A stretch of DNA of 64,000 nt from Rhynchopus sp. YZ270_cl-10 (Eukaryota). Within the stretch, counting starts at the first letter, position 1. Each line of letters starts with the position of its first letter. The stretch lies in NCBI GenBank assembly GCA_964035575.1, contig OZ037840.1:1178001-1242000 (forward strand). Direction: 5' to 3'. The notes below the pieces were generated by a model, which had not been told where the DNA came from, ran no database searches, and saw nothing but the letters and a program-made list of their open reading frames with translations. Positions 33,023-45,111 of the stretch are shown piece after piece. A program made the translations under genes and the position numbers.

Positions 33023-33070
33023 TAGGCCTCCCCAACGTCTTTTATATAAAAGACGTCTTTTACGTCTTTT

Positions 33071-36020
33071 CACGGATGCTGCCAGATCTGGCCAGATTTG
33101 GGGGCCAATTTCCCAGATCTGGCTCGTTTTCCAGATGTGGAGATCTTGTTTCCAGATCTGGCCAGATCTGGCCAGATCTGGGAATCTGGGAAAATTTTTT
33201 TTTCAAAAAAAAAAAAAAAACCCCCAGATCTGGCCAGATCTGGAAATCTGGCCAGTTTTTTTTTTTTCTCAGATTTCTGGCTATTGTCTCCCAGGGAAAG
33301 GGACTCTCGAATTTTTTTTTTCGCCCCAAAATAGGGCTAATTTCGACGATTTGAGGCCATTTAAAGCAAAATTTGGCACTTTTGAGCATCTGTGGGGGTC
33401 TAAAACGTGGTTTTGCGAACCCGAAATTTCGTGGTTTTTACCAAAGACAAGTCGATTTTTGAAAAATCTCAAAAAAAAAAATTTTTTTTTCCGGGAAAAT
33501 TTTGACCCCTGAGTAGGGTTTTTGTGCACCAAAAAGTGCAAAAAAACGCAAGAGTCGGGTGTTTTGACGATCTGGGGTACCGCCATATGCACTACAGGGG
33601 CCCACAATTTCGACTTTTTCTTAGCAATTTCCTTCATAATTTTTTTTTTCCGATTTTGGCAAAGGCAAATCTCAGGCAAAAAAAATTCACCCCTGATAGT
33701 GGGTCCTTGGGTGTCCAGATGCCAAAAACACAAAATTTTTGATGTTTTGACCATCTGTGGGCGCCTAAAACGCACTTCTCTGCCCAAAAAAATGAATATC
33801 GATTTTTCCTTAGCGTTTTTATAGCCGTGATTTTTGGGTATTTTTTCGCAAAGGGAAAAAAAAAATATCAACCAAAATAGTGGGTCCTTGGGTGACCAAA
33901 AATGCAAAAAAAACGCATTTTTTTGGTGTTTTGACCCTTCAGAACCACCCAAAACGCACTTTTGTGTACCAAAACACGCATATTTCACATTTCCTTAGCA
34001 ATTCCTTCACAAGTGCAAGGTGATTTTTGACCAAACTAATTTTGTGCACTTTTTTTGTGGTCACGTGACGCTAAAATCCTCGAGAATTACATGTGAGAAT
34101 GCGATAATGATTCTCGCGTGCGAACGCCCAAAACCACGAGGACGCAAGCAAGGCTTCAGTGCACTTAGGTACAGGATGCGTCGTTTTCAGTTACAAAAAA
34201 GGGTACTGTGAAGCGGTTGAGGCACACACAGACCCGCTGCAAAATGCATCTGGGACCCACGCTAGACCCCCTAAAAGCTGTAAAACCATATATTTCCATC
34301 TCGCGACCCCAGCGGATGTGGACTGAGGTGTTTTTTTTTGGGTGTTTAGAAAGGTTTTTGTCCGATTGGAGAATTTTTTCGGTAAGTGTTGCATTTTGTC
34401 CCCACTGAGTGTGCACTCAGAAAACACTCATCAATAAAACGACCTGGTAAAAAATAGTTATTTTCTATCGTAGTAGTGGGTTTGTTGTGCAGTGATGTTC
34501 TTTGTACCTGGAGAGTGGGCCGAGTGCAAGGTATGTTTTTAACCCCCCGGTTTTCTCCCTTTTCGACATGTCCGCTATTTTTTAGCTATTTTTTTTTTTT
34601 TGTCAACAAAAATGTCACTTTTACGTTTAAGGGGTACGGGGCGGCTTCTTGTTTGTTTGTTTGTTTTTTTGTTGTAGTCTCTACTTTTACATTCAATTTC
34701 TCTTAACAGGTACCCGAACCGACGACCCTTCATCGTGACAGCGAAGCAGTGCCGATGGAAGAGCTGGTGCAATTATTTGAAAACCAGGTGGCGATCGTAA
34801 AAGTCGGGTTTATATACCAACTTTTCCATTAACCCACCCCCATAGACCACCCTAATTATTATGAAACTCTTAGTCAGTCACTGCTATAGCCATTTAATCC
34901 AGGGAGCATAGCTAGTGCAAGAAATTCGACTTCGGGATCCGGAAAGTCTGTCCTCTGCTCTTGCGGAGGACTAGGCACAAGAAAATATTGCGTTCCCCCA
35001 GAAAACCAATTTTTGTCAGAGTAATTTTTGCCCAGGGCATGCTCTTGAAGCATGGCGGCTTGGTGTGAGAAGGGGCAGTGTATTGTTTTGTTCTAGATTT
35101 CAACGGTTGTTAGAACGAGTCAAGTGGATGCTTATCTAAACACTGACTTTAGTACAGACCCGAGAGATCACACATGACTTTGAGGAAAGAACAAAGCAAT
35201 GCATCTGTACCCGCACGCCAGGTTGTAGTTACTTCAGAATTTTCTTAAGTTTGCATGAACGAGGAGGGGCGAATCATTCTTCGGGAACCATTAGCTGTAT
35301 ACCATGGAATGATTTTCTCAAAAACACCACGTGGGGGCTGAATTCAATCCCTTAAGAATTGCGAATTCAGCCTTTGTAGAAGGTACGTCTTACTTGTACT
35401 TGTACTTGTATGCCGTGTCCACCCTTCTCGACCTTACCGGTTCACATGTACGAATAATATTAGGCAGTGGTAACACCCTTCTCAATTGTGCAAACTTAAG
35501 AATTTTCTGCTGTAACTTACCAAAATCGATTTTCTTTCACCCCAAACACCCGCAACACCCCACCTGCTACTTCGGTAGCCTGTGTTGTTGGGAGTTGGTT
35601 CTCATGTTGATCCCCAGTGTTTTGCACTGCTTCTTCTGAGCCCAACGCTGTTTGGCCTGTCGACGTAATAAATACGAAGACAGGGCGGCGGTGCCAACAA
35701 TTTTCCGATGATGTAACGTTTATCTGATTGATTTATCGTTTGATATACCTTGTGTGTCCTACTTCGTAACTTGCACACACGAGCAACGTATATTGAACGG
35801 TACTTCAAGCGATACTTCGTTATGTCATTGGGGTACCTGGAAAAAAAAATTTTCCCAGACGTCCCAGATCTCCCAGATTTGGCCAGATCTGGCCAGATCT
35901 GGCCAGATCTGGGACGTCTGGGAAAATTTTTTTTTCAAAAAAAAAAAAAAATTTTTCCAGATCTGGCCAGATCTGGGCGGCCCAGATCTGGAGATCTGGC
36001 CAGATCTGGCAGCATCCGTG
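33071..36020. mobile_element. Non-autonomous TIR element family A, copy 2 (inverted relative to copy 1)
   Basis: Same CACGGATGCTG...CAGCATCCGTG termini. 6-bp TSD TCTTTT (33065-33070 and 36021-36026). Removing the element plus one TSD copy restores the host ACGTCTTTT periodicity. Confidence 0.9.
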
Positions 36021-36204
36021 TCTTTTACGTCTTTTAATGTCTTTTAAAATCTGGGTTTTTGGGGATAAAAGACATAAAAGACATAAAAGACATTGTTTTG
36101 ACGTAAGCTGCAGAACACCACCCTAACCCCAACCCCAACCCCACACTTCATTTCACACCACAGAAGGTTTATTGAGGAACATTAAATAAAAAAAAGAAAA
36201 AAAG

Positions 36205-38248
36205 ATGCCGAAGGCAAAATGTTGGACTGGGGATCTGTTGAAGATTGTCTCGGGGAAGCTAGAGTGCGAGTGCGGAGACACTATGGGTAAATCTTCAAAC
36301 GCTGAACGCAGGAAAGGTCACATTTTGCATTGCGAGCAAGCTACGGACGCGCAGAAGAAGAGAGCGAAGGACGAGCTTGCGGCACTGGAGAGGAAGAGGA
36401 AGAGGAAGAGGGATGAAGCCGACGCAGAGGACGACGACGACGACGAGGAAGCTGCTCCAGCGCAGGGGAACGAAGTCACAGCTGCCAACCCAGTGCCAGG
36501 GGAAGAACCACCAGCACCACCTACCGTGATCGATGCGGATGAGCCAGTGCTGCCTTCATCCAACCTCACAGAACCCCCAAGAACTCAGACCTCCGATTTA
36601 GTTCCCGCTCCTCCTCTTCCCAAAAGACAGCGTCAGTCGTTGCTTCACGTCTCTCCTGCAACAACCGCCACACAGCAGACGCGCATCGACATGGCGCAAG
36701 CGCGCTGGTGGTTCTCCGGAAATATTCCGTTCAACCAAACCCGCAACCCTTTTTTTAAAGATTTTGTCCGTGAATTGCGGGGGACGGTGAGACACATTGC
36801 GACCGATGACATGTTGCGAGACTCGTTGCTGAATGCCGTGTACGACGAAGAAGTCACCCCCCTCATTCAGCAGCTCGAAAAGGAGGAATACGTCGTCCTC
36901 CACGCCGATGCTTGGTTGTCACGGCACAACAAAGACCATGTGATCTCGTTTACCGCAACAGCTCCGTGGCGCCTCAACCTTGAGACGGCGACAATGGAGG
37001 AGAAGAGCTTCACCGCCGCCATCCTGCTTACATACTTCCAGAAAGTAGGGTCGGAGAGGACAGGGGTCAAATGGGTGGCTGTGGTGGTTGATGGGGGCTC
37101 GAATGTGTGGTCAGCAGCGAAACAGTGGGCCGAGGCGAACGGGATTGTGTGTATTTTGTGCGTGTGTCATTGTGCCAATCGTTTTTTAAACGACACAATC
37201 GGGTTCAGGCAGAAGAACAAAAAGCCTGTAAAGATGCCCTTTACACACGTGTCGGAGTGGGTACACGCAATGATCTCCGCTATCAGGAATACGGAATCAT
37301 TTCGTAAAACGTACCTGAAGAAACAAGTGGAGTTGAACTCCACCAACAAGGGACTTCCCCATGCACCCATGGATGTCCGCTGGTTGACGACCTGCACCGC
37401 GTTCGAGGACATTGCAGGGAACATCGAGGTGTTGCGCGCCATCAACGACGACCCCGAGGAGGCATCCCTCAAGAGGCAATATCCTCAAATCACGAGGCTT
37501 TTCGACGACATGGGGTTCTTCCAGGAATTCCATTTTACCCTAAAACTGTTGAAGCCTGTGAATGCGCTAATCCTGATGCTAGAGGGCGATGAGGCAAGGC
37601 TGGGACAGGTGATTCCGTGCTGGTGGGCGATGAAGAAGTACTTCAACACACTGACGGTGCCCCCCACGTTGCAAGAGAAGTTCGACACGGTAGTAGAGTC
37701 ACTTGACAAACGCAAAACCCGCTACGAGAACTGCCCCGTCTGCCTGACCGCCATGATTCTCCACCCCAGCCTCTACATCGAACAAGAAGTGAAAGAACCG
37801 TCGTTGCTGACCCCCTTCTTGAAACTCTTCGACCCTGCTGAGTACCTGAACAAAGCTGAGAAAGCAGTGAAGACCCTTGGGGGAGAGCAAGCGGAGCAGG
37901 AGCTGGTCGACTTCATGACCAAAGAGGGCAAGTACCAGAGCACCAGCATGTGGGCTAATGCCAAACAGAAGAACGTATGTGATCAAAAATAAACACTTCC
38001 TTCTATTTTCCTCACGACAGCCTGAAGATTGGTGGAGAATTGCAGCTAAGCTGATGAGAGGCACGTCACTTCCAGCGCTGGGAGTGAAATACTGTCGCAT
38101 AGTTCCGCACTCGGCCAACCAGGAGAGGTTCTTCTCCATGATGGGAAGAATCAGTGACGGCCGCGAGTGCCTGGATATCCAGCGTTTGCACAAGATGAGT
38201 GCTGTAAGCACGTGTTTGCATGACAAGATAAAGAGCAGGCAAAAATAG
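36205..38248 (+). CDS. hAT transposase, 2 exons (36205-37974, 38021-38248), 665 aa
   Basis: BED-like CEC..HILHC, LHADAW, VVVDGG, CVCH and VRW motifs. A 46-nt GT..AG intron (37975-38020) joins in frame to the C-terminal PEDWW..HSANQERFFS domain. Confidence 0.9.
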
Positions 38249-38520
38249 CCACTGTTTACCCTCTCTACAAGGGAAAAAAAAAAACCAAAAAATCAAGATC
38301 AGAAGCAAAAATATCAAAAACGTCAGAAAAACCCATTTGTACCCTTCTCCACTGTTCCCCTCCAGCCAGTAACCTCTACGAGTGCATGTATACCACCATG
38401 GTCTTTTATATGTCTTTTACGTCTTTTATATGTCTTTTATGTCTTTTATACGTCTTTTATGTCTTTTATGTCTTTTATGTCTTTTATTTTTGGGGTAGAC
38501 GATTTTGGGGAGGCCTAGGT

Positions 38521-40162
38521 TAGGGGGGGCCACGTATAAGGAATTCCTTAAGGATTTGCTGTCCAAAACCCATTTTTTTGAAATTTAGGTGAAGAAATCC
38601 ACTAAGGTGGGCGTGCGTGGCCGCAAATCGCCCTGGGGATCACCCAAATATCCCATTAAACCACCTGACAACCTCTACAGAGACTTTCCTGGTTAAAAAA
38701 AATCGGTTTTTTGTGAAAAATCTCCAAAAATGGCGTCACCAGATCGTCACCAAGATGGCCAAAATGCAACACTTACCAAAAAAATTTTCCAGTCAGACAA
38801 AATTCCTTCTAAACACCCGAAAAACACCTCGGTCCACATCCGGTGGGGTCCCAGGGTGGAAATATATGGTTTTTACAGCTTTTAGGGGTCCTGTGGGGGC
38901 CCCAGATGCATTTTGCAGTGGGTGTGTGTGCCCCAAACGCTTAAAAGTACCCTTTTTTTAGTCATTTTTTTGACTTTTTTTGTACCTGAAAACCCCCAAA
39001 AAAGTGCTAAGGCAGTCGGAATGGTGTCCAAACACCCAGGAAAATGTCCCCCAGACCTCATGTAGGGTGAAAAATAGCATTTTGGGCACTTGGGAGGGTT
39101 TTATAGGCCATGCAACACTTTTGCAACACTTTCGCAACGGCTATGCAACGCCTAGCAGAAGACCATTTATGTACCAAAAAAAAAATAATTTCAATTCATT
39201 CAAAACACCCAAAAAAACACCTCAGTCCACCTCCAATGAGGTCCCGAGGTGGAAATGTGTGGATTTTGCAGCTTTTTGGGGTCCCTAGGGGGTTTTTGAG
39301 GGTGTTTTTTTGCGTCTGCAACGCTTAAAATAACGGTATTTCCTCCCCTTTTTTGACGTTTTTCGCACCCAAAACCCAAAAACCCAAAAGGCGTGTTCAG
39401 GCAGTCGCAGAAGTGTCTAAATCCCTCCGAACTGCCCGACAGACCTCCTGAGCTGTGTAAAATCGTACTTGCAACACTTGCTAGGACTTTTTTGGTCCCT
39501 GAAAATGACAACGTATCCTGTGCCTAAGTGCAGTAAAGCCTTGCTTGCCTCCTCCCATAACCAATGATTCGTGTGAATCCGTTGTCGGCGTCCTTGACCA
39601 AGTTGCAAGCCACCACGGAAGGAGCCAGCACCCCGACAACACCGCCGCACTGAGGTTGAAACCTAGACATCCTCTACAGTCTAGGTTGGGTTCCGTCTCT
39701 CTCAAGGGAAGAACTTGCCGCAGGATACACCAAGCGCACCACAAAGGCAGTTCCATGCAAAGCACCCAGAAGTAGCAACTTGAAAAGTACAACACTAGAG
39801 TGCTTCATCTCTTCACAAAGACAGAGATGCAGGAATTTGCGGAAGATTGTACACCCCTTGACGACGAAGACACCGGTACGATGAATAAGGAGCCTCTGGT
39901 CGCTATGCTGTCTCAGTGAGCAGTACAGGGATTCTATAGGCATATTAGGGGGTATAATTCCATGGAAAAAGGCGGAAAAAGCGGGAAAAAACACCAAAAA
40001 ATCAGGAAAAAGTACGAAATAGTGCTCAAAAGTGTGTTTTTCGTGGTTTTGGGTGATTTTTTGGGGGTTTGGGGGGATTTTTGGGTGTTTTTTCGGGTTT
40101 TTCGCGGGTTTTTACGAAAAAAGTGGTTTTGGACAGCAAAAACGGCCGGACGGCCCCCCCTA
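38521..40162. mobile_element. Probable non-autonomous TIR element
   Basis: 11-bp inverted termini TAGGGGGGGCC and GGCCCCCCCTA. Interior ~38760-38960 resembles 2425-2625 of element A. No clear TSD. Confidence 0.45.
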
Positions 40163-40214
40163 TAGGGGGGGGTGGGGGGGGTAGGGGGGTAGGGGGGGGG
40201 CAGGGGGGGTGGGT

Positions 40215-42853
40215 TAAGAACCCCCCTGTCCTCTACGATTTTTGAAAAAGGACGAAAAAGACGAAAAAGGACGAAAAAGGACGAAAAAGGACGAAAAAGG
40301 ACGAAAAAGGACACTGTTAATGGTATACAGTAACTAAGTCACCTCTCGCGCTCCTGGTACAAAAAAGCGTCTCACAACCCACTGATAGTTGACGCCTGTG
40401 TTTTCAAATTGATAAAAAAGTAAAAAAAAACACTTTTCAGTTTCTTGTTTTTGGCAATATATATTCCCTCTGATACCCCTTGCCCTAACCCTCGTGATAA
40501 ACCCCCAACCCTTGTTTTATTTTTTCGCCTGCGCAAGCTTCGCTTTCTTTGCCGCCCTCTTCGTTGTCGTGCATATTGCCGTGACCTTGTGGAGTCTCTG
40601 CAAATCCATATTTTCCCTTCCTTCTGATTGCCACCCCATCGTGCTGAACACCCGTTCCTGGACTGCTGTATGCGGGACAATGGAGCACAACTTTTTCGCT
40701 CGTGGTGGAAGAAGAAGATTAGGGTAGAGTTTCGACGCAATTCCCCAAAACACTTCAGGTGCGGATTTCTCGTGACACCAAAGCATCTTCGAGTGGTACG
40801 GAGCCTCTCTTGAGAGGAAACACGAAATCTCCCTCAGAAGTTCTAGCTCAGCCTCCTCGTTGTCAGCCCACAGCACTGCTTTTTCTGCCTGATCCATGAG
40901 GCTCTTTGGATCGAACGTCTCAAGGTACCTTCCCAAAACCCCACGAGGGACTTTGCCTTCTGCGTCAGGAATGTAGCACGTAGGGGACAAGATGGTGGCA
41001 AGAACACAGTGGCTGGTATCGACGTAGTACTTCTCTCGTTCATCCCTCGCCTTCTTGCACTTCTTGTGTCCAGGAACTTCCCCGTCAGGTGTAGTGCAGG
41101 CATTAAACACCTGCTTCAAAGCCCAGAACATCGGGAGAATGTGGCCAATGCGAGCAGAGTCTTGTTCCATGTACCTGATGGCTTCTGTCGTCGAGCACAC
41201 TAACTTCCGCACAAACATGAACTTCTCCCAAAAAGCGAGATCTCCGAACTTCTGCAGGGCGGGCATCTGGTTGTGGATGCTGGTTTCATTTTCGTCGTTC
41301 ATGAGCGTCCGCATGGTGTTGAAGTTGTTGTTGATCCAATCCCAGGAGTCCCCAATCGTCAGCCAACGAGTATTGTTCCCAACGGGCGACACTTTCTCCA
41401 CCATAGCCGATGCCGCTTGGATTGCATACACAGCCTTCCTGATGTTCTCCGTGTTCTTTACCGCAGACACGATCTGGTTGCTCCACACGAAGTACGCGTT
41501 ATACACGTTAGGTGTATCCTTCTTTGATACAGTGCGGGTTCCGATAATATCATTCAGCAGCCTGTTTAAAGCATGGCACACGCACACCAAGATGAGGATT
41601 GTCGGGTAAACGTCCTTCAGGTCTTTGGCACCCTTCAAAATTGCCGACCCCGCGTCGACCAAAACGGCTGTCAGGTACTGCCCGATGCCCGTCTCCGAGA
41701 TGATCTGCTTCAGCGCGGTGCAGTACTCCTCCCCGTCATGCGATCGTTGGGTCAGCGTGTGGCTCGCCAGCAGCTGTGGCTCAGGAGAACAGATGGACAC
41801 GCTGAGGAGGTGCTGTTTCTTCAGCTTGGATTCCCAAGCGTCGGCGTGCAGGGAGATCCCGGTACCGTTGTCCCGGGCAGCGTGCTTGATGCGAGTAATC
41901 TCATCAAGCACAATCTCCTCGTACGCCGCATCCAGCAGCGGCCCACGAATGGCGTCCTCGTCTACCACCCTCCTCAGCGTGGGGCGAGTCGCCCGCATGG
42001 CCGCCTTAAACTCGGGGGAGGAGGCAAAACTGAAGGGGATACCTCCACAGTAGTAGGCCTTGGCCCAAGCTGAATCAATCAGCTTGTTCTCGGCCTCCGA
42101 CACCCTGTCCACCACTCCAAGCAAAGATTGCTTGGGGTGGGCAGACCGAGTGTGTGCCTTGGGCACAGGCTTCGCCTTAGTAGATGTTGGGGCTGGGGCT
42201 GCTGGGGCTGGGGCTGAGGCTGCTGCTGAGGCTGCTGAGACTGCTGCTGGGGCTGCTGAGGCTGCTGCTGGGGCTGGGGCTGCTGCTGCTGGGGCTGAAA
42301 CAATGGTGCAATCTGCATCTGCATCTGCTTCTGCATCTTCATCATCTTCTTCATCGACATCTTCAGCATCTTCCATCCGGCTGCGCTTCCTCTTCTTAGC
42401 CAATTCAGCCTGTAGAATATGTGTGTGAATATTTTCGAGTAAATTTATTTTCAAACCTTGGCTTTGTTCTTGTAAACCTCCTCCGCATCTTTGCAGGACA
42501 CAATGTGCTGCTTCCTCCTCTCCGCGTTCGACGCCTGGGCCATTGTCCCCTGGCATGCGTTGCACGTCAAAAACCTTCCGGTTTTTGAAAACAGCTCCCA
42601 AGTCCAGCATTTAGCTCTTGGCATGATTTGTTTTTTTTTCTTGTGTTTTTCTGTTGTTGGAGGACTTGAAATCAAGATTTTTTTTTTGGGGGGGGGATTT
42701 TTTTGGGTGAACAGTGTTTTTCCTGGTGATTTTTCTGTACTGTACTTCCTGTATTGTCCTTTTTCGTCCTTTTTCGTCCTTTTTCCCAGATCGAAAAAGG
42801 ACGAAAAAGACGAAAAAGACGTAGAGGACGAAAAAGGACAAGGGGTATTCTTA
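40215..42853 (-). mobile_element. Complete, putatively autonomous hAT transposon D
   Basis: TIRs TAAGAACCCCCCTGTCC and GGACAAGGGGTATTCTTA. Perfect 8-bp TSD GGGTGGGT (40207-40214 and 42854-42861). GGACGAAAA subterminal repeats. Confidence 0.95.
40517..42624 (-). CDS. hAT transposase, 2 exons (42624-42457, 42409-40517), 686 aa
   Basis: Exon 1 MPRAKCWTW..SNAERRKQHIVSC is homologous to the E transposase N-terminus. 47-nt GT..AG intron at 42456-42410. Motifs LHADAW, LVDAG, CVCH, TRW and QERVFS. Confidence 0.92.
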
Positions 42854-43046
42854 GGGTGGGTAGAGATAGGGCCCCATATCCCCCATATCCCCCATATCCC
42901 CCATATTCCCCCCATATTTCCCCCATATTTCCTGCATATTTCCTGCATATTTCCCCCATATTCCCCCCATATTCCCCCCCATATTTTTTCCCCCATATTT
43001 TGGGGTTTCCCCATATGGGGGGCCAAGTATGCCTAGGGGGGGGGGG

Positions 43047-44242
43047 TAGGTGGGGGCAAAACCCCTATTTTTTTGAAGCATTTCGATTTTTTTGGATTTA
43101 CGCGCAAAGTACCCACAAGCCACCGAAAATTTCGGGTCAGAGATGGTTTTGGGGTGTGGTTTGGGGGTGTTCTATAGGTGAGACACCCCAGAGATACAAA
43201 AAAAAATTTAATGGAAAAAAATAGCAAAAATAGACCATTTTGGCCGTTTGGGCCATTTTGGTCAAAATGGCCATTTTTGACCAATATTTCAAAAAAAAAA
43301 GCAAAATTTTGTCATCATGAGGCCTGTCTGGGCACAAAACTACCCCAGGGAGGTCCTGTGAGTCCATTCCGACCTGTTTTGAACACATTTATCGCCTTTT
43401 TTGGTGTTTTTTTGGTGTTTTGAGGTCAAAAAATACCCTGGACTTTACCCTGGACTTCCCTGGGCCGCGACTTGCGCCCTGCTTTTGGACCCCCTCTGGG
43501 CCAAAAAAATGGGTGAAAACCCCCGAAAAAGCACTCCGGGAACCCAGATAGTTCCAAATGTCCACCACATTCCCACCCAAACACCGCAAAAACACGACAG
43601 AAAATCGTCTTAAAAAACACACTTTTTTCAAAAAGGTCATCAGGCAGGTTCCATAATGAGCTTTTTGAAAAAGTGTGTTTTTTAAGACGATTTTCTGTCG
43701 TGTTTTTGCGGTGTTTGGGTGGGAATGTGGTGGACATTTGGAACTATCTGGGTTCCCGGAGTGCTTTTTCGGGGGTTTTCACCCATTTTTTGGCCCAGAG
43801 GGGGTCCAAAAGCAGGGCGCAAGTCGCGGCCCAGGGCGGTCAGGGGATAGTCAGGGGATCTTTTTTGACCTAAAAACACCAAAAAACGGCCAAAAAAAGT
43901 ACCCAAAGTGTCCAAAACAGGTCGGAATGGACTCACGGGACCTCCCTGGGGTAGTTTTGTGCCCAAGCAGCTGTCATGACGTCGAAATTTTGCTATTTTT
44001 TTGATTTTTTAGTCCAAAAATGGCCATTTTGCCCAACATGGCCAAAACCGTCAAAAAGCCATTTTTTCACTATTTTTTTGCATTTTTTCATATTCTGAGT
44101 CGCCCTTAGCATGGATTTTCGGGTCACAGGGTGTTTCTGACCCATTTCTGGGGGGGTATGAGGGGTGGTTTGTGGGTACTTTGCGCGGAAGTCCAAAAAA
44201 GTCAAAATGCCTCACCCGTCCTGAAGGTTTTGCCCCCACCTA
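43047..44242. mobile_element. Foldback-type non-autonomous element I
   Basis: TIRs TAGGTGGGGGCAAAACC and GGTTTTGCCCCCACCTA. Whole element quasi-palindromic about ~43648. Inserted in poly-G. Confidence 0.85.
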
Positions 44243-45090
44243 GGCATACTGTGCGGGCGAGTAAAAAAAACTCGCCTACTCGCCAAAAACTCGCCTAAAA
44301 CTCGCCTATTTTTGGGGGGCGAGTTTTGGCGAGTTTTTTTTTTTTTGGTAGGGATTTTACCTTGGGAAAAGTGTACACACGAAAATATGAGGGAAATTTG
44401 AGTTTTGAAGAGAAAATTTTTTTCGTTCCACTTGAACAAGACCTCTACAGTTTGCTTTGTAGGCTTCCACAACCAGTACCACCAGTCCAGCTGTAGCTTC
44501 TGCGGATCCATGAAGCTTGCACAGATGGGTGCGATGTAGTCGTGGGGGAGTACCGCCAAGGGGTGGCCTGCAGGGTTGCCATTTACCGGCATGGCGAGGA
44601 CATTGTTGTATAGCGAGTGTAGCCCCGGCTCATGTCTTCGTCATCCTCCGGATTGTAGCACGTCTTGTCCCCCGGGATCTATGGCACGCCTGGATCTTCC
44701 CCTGGAGCAAATGTTTACATACATGCCTGTCAGCCACTGCCGTGACATGGTTGCCTTTAGACGTACAAGTGACACAATTTCAATTTTTTTGTGTGTTTTC
44801 GAGTGGCATGTTGTCATCAGTCACCCCCGCCCTCCATTTTCACATCCTGGTGCACATTTTCACCCCCAAGGTGCGTATGTGCACCAGGATTTGCACCCAA
44901 ATTGGGGCGAGTTTAGGCGAGTTTAGGCGAGTTTTTGGCGAGTTTAGGCGAGTTTTGGCGAGTTTTTGGCGAGTTTTGGCGAGTAATAGGCGAGTAATGG
45001 GCGAGTAGGGCGAGTTTTTGGCGAGTTTTTCCTGAAAATCAGGAAAACGAAAAACTCGCCTAAAAACGGCTCGCCTGCACAGTATGCCTA
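44241..45090. mobile_element. Non-autonomous TIR element F
   Basis: TIRs TAGGCATACTGTGCGGGCGAG and CTCGCCTGCACAGTATGCCTA. GGCGAGT subterminal repeats. Confidence 0.88.
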
Positions 45091-45111
45091 GGGGGGGGGG
45101 GGGGGGGGGGG

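Larger units (their letters stand above)
33023..38517 (+). mobile_element. hAT transposon E, interrupted in its 5' subterminal region by element A copy 2
   Basis: TIRs TAGGCCTCCCCAA and TTGGGGAGGCCTA. GTCTTTTA subterminal repeats at both ends. Contains a transposase gene. Confidence 0.85.
29986..43035. mobile_element. Outer TIR element C, hosting nested insertions
   Basis: TIRs TAGGCATACTTGGCCCCCCATATGGGG and CCCCATATGGGGGGCCAAGTATGCCTA. ATATGG/CCATAT subterminal repeats at both ends. No 8-bp TSD, so pairing the two ends is an inference. Confidence 0.65.
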
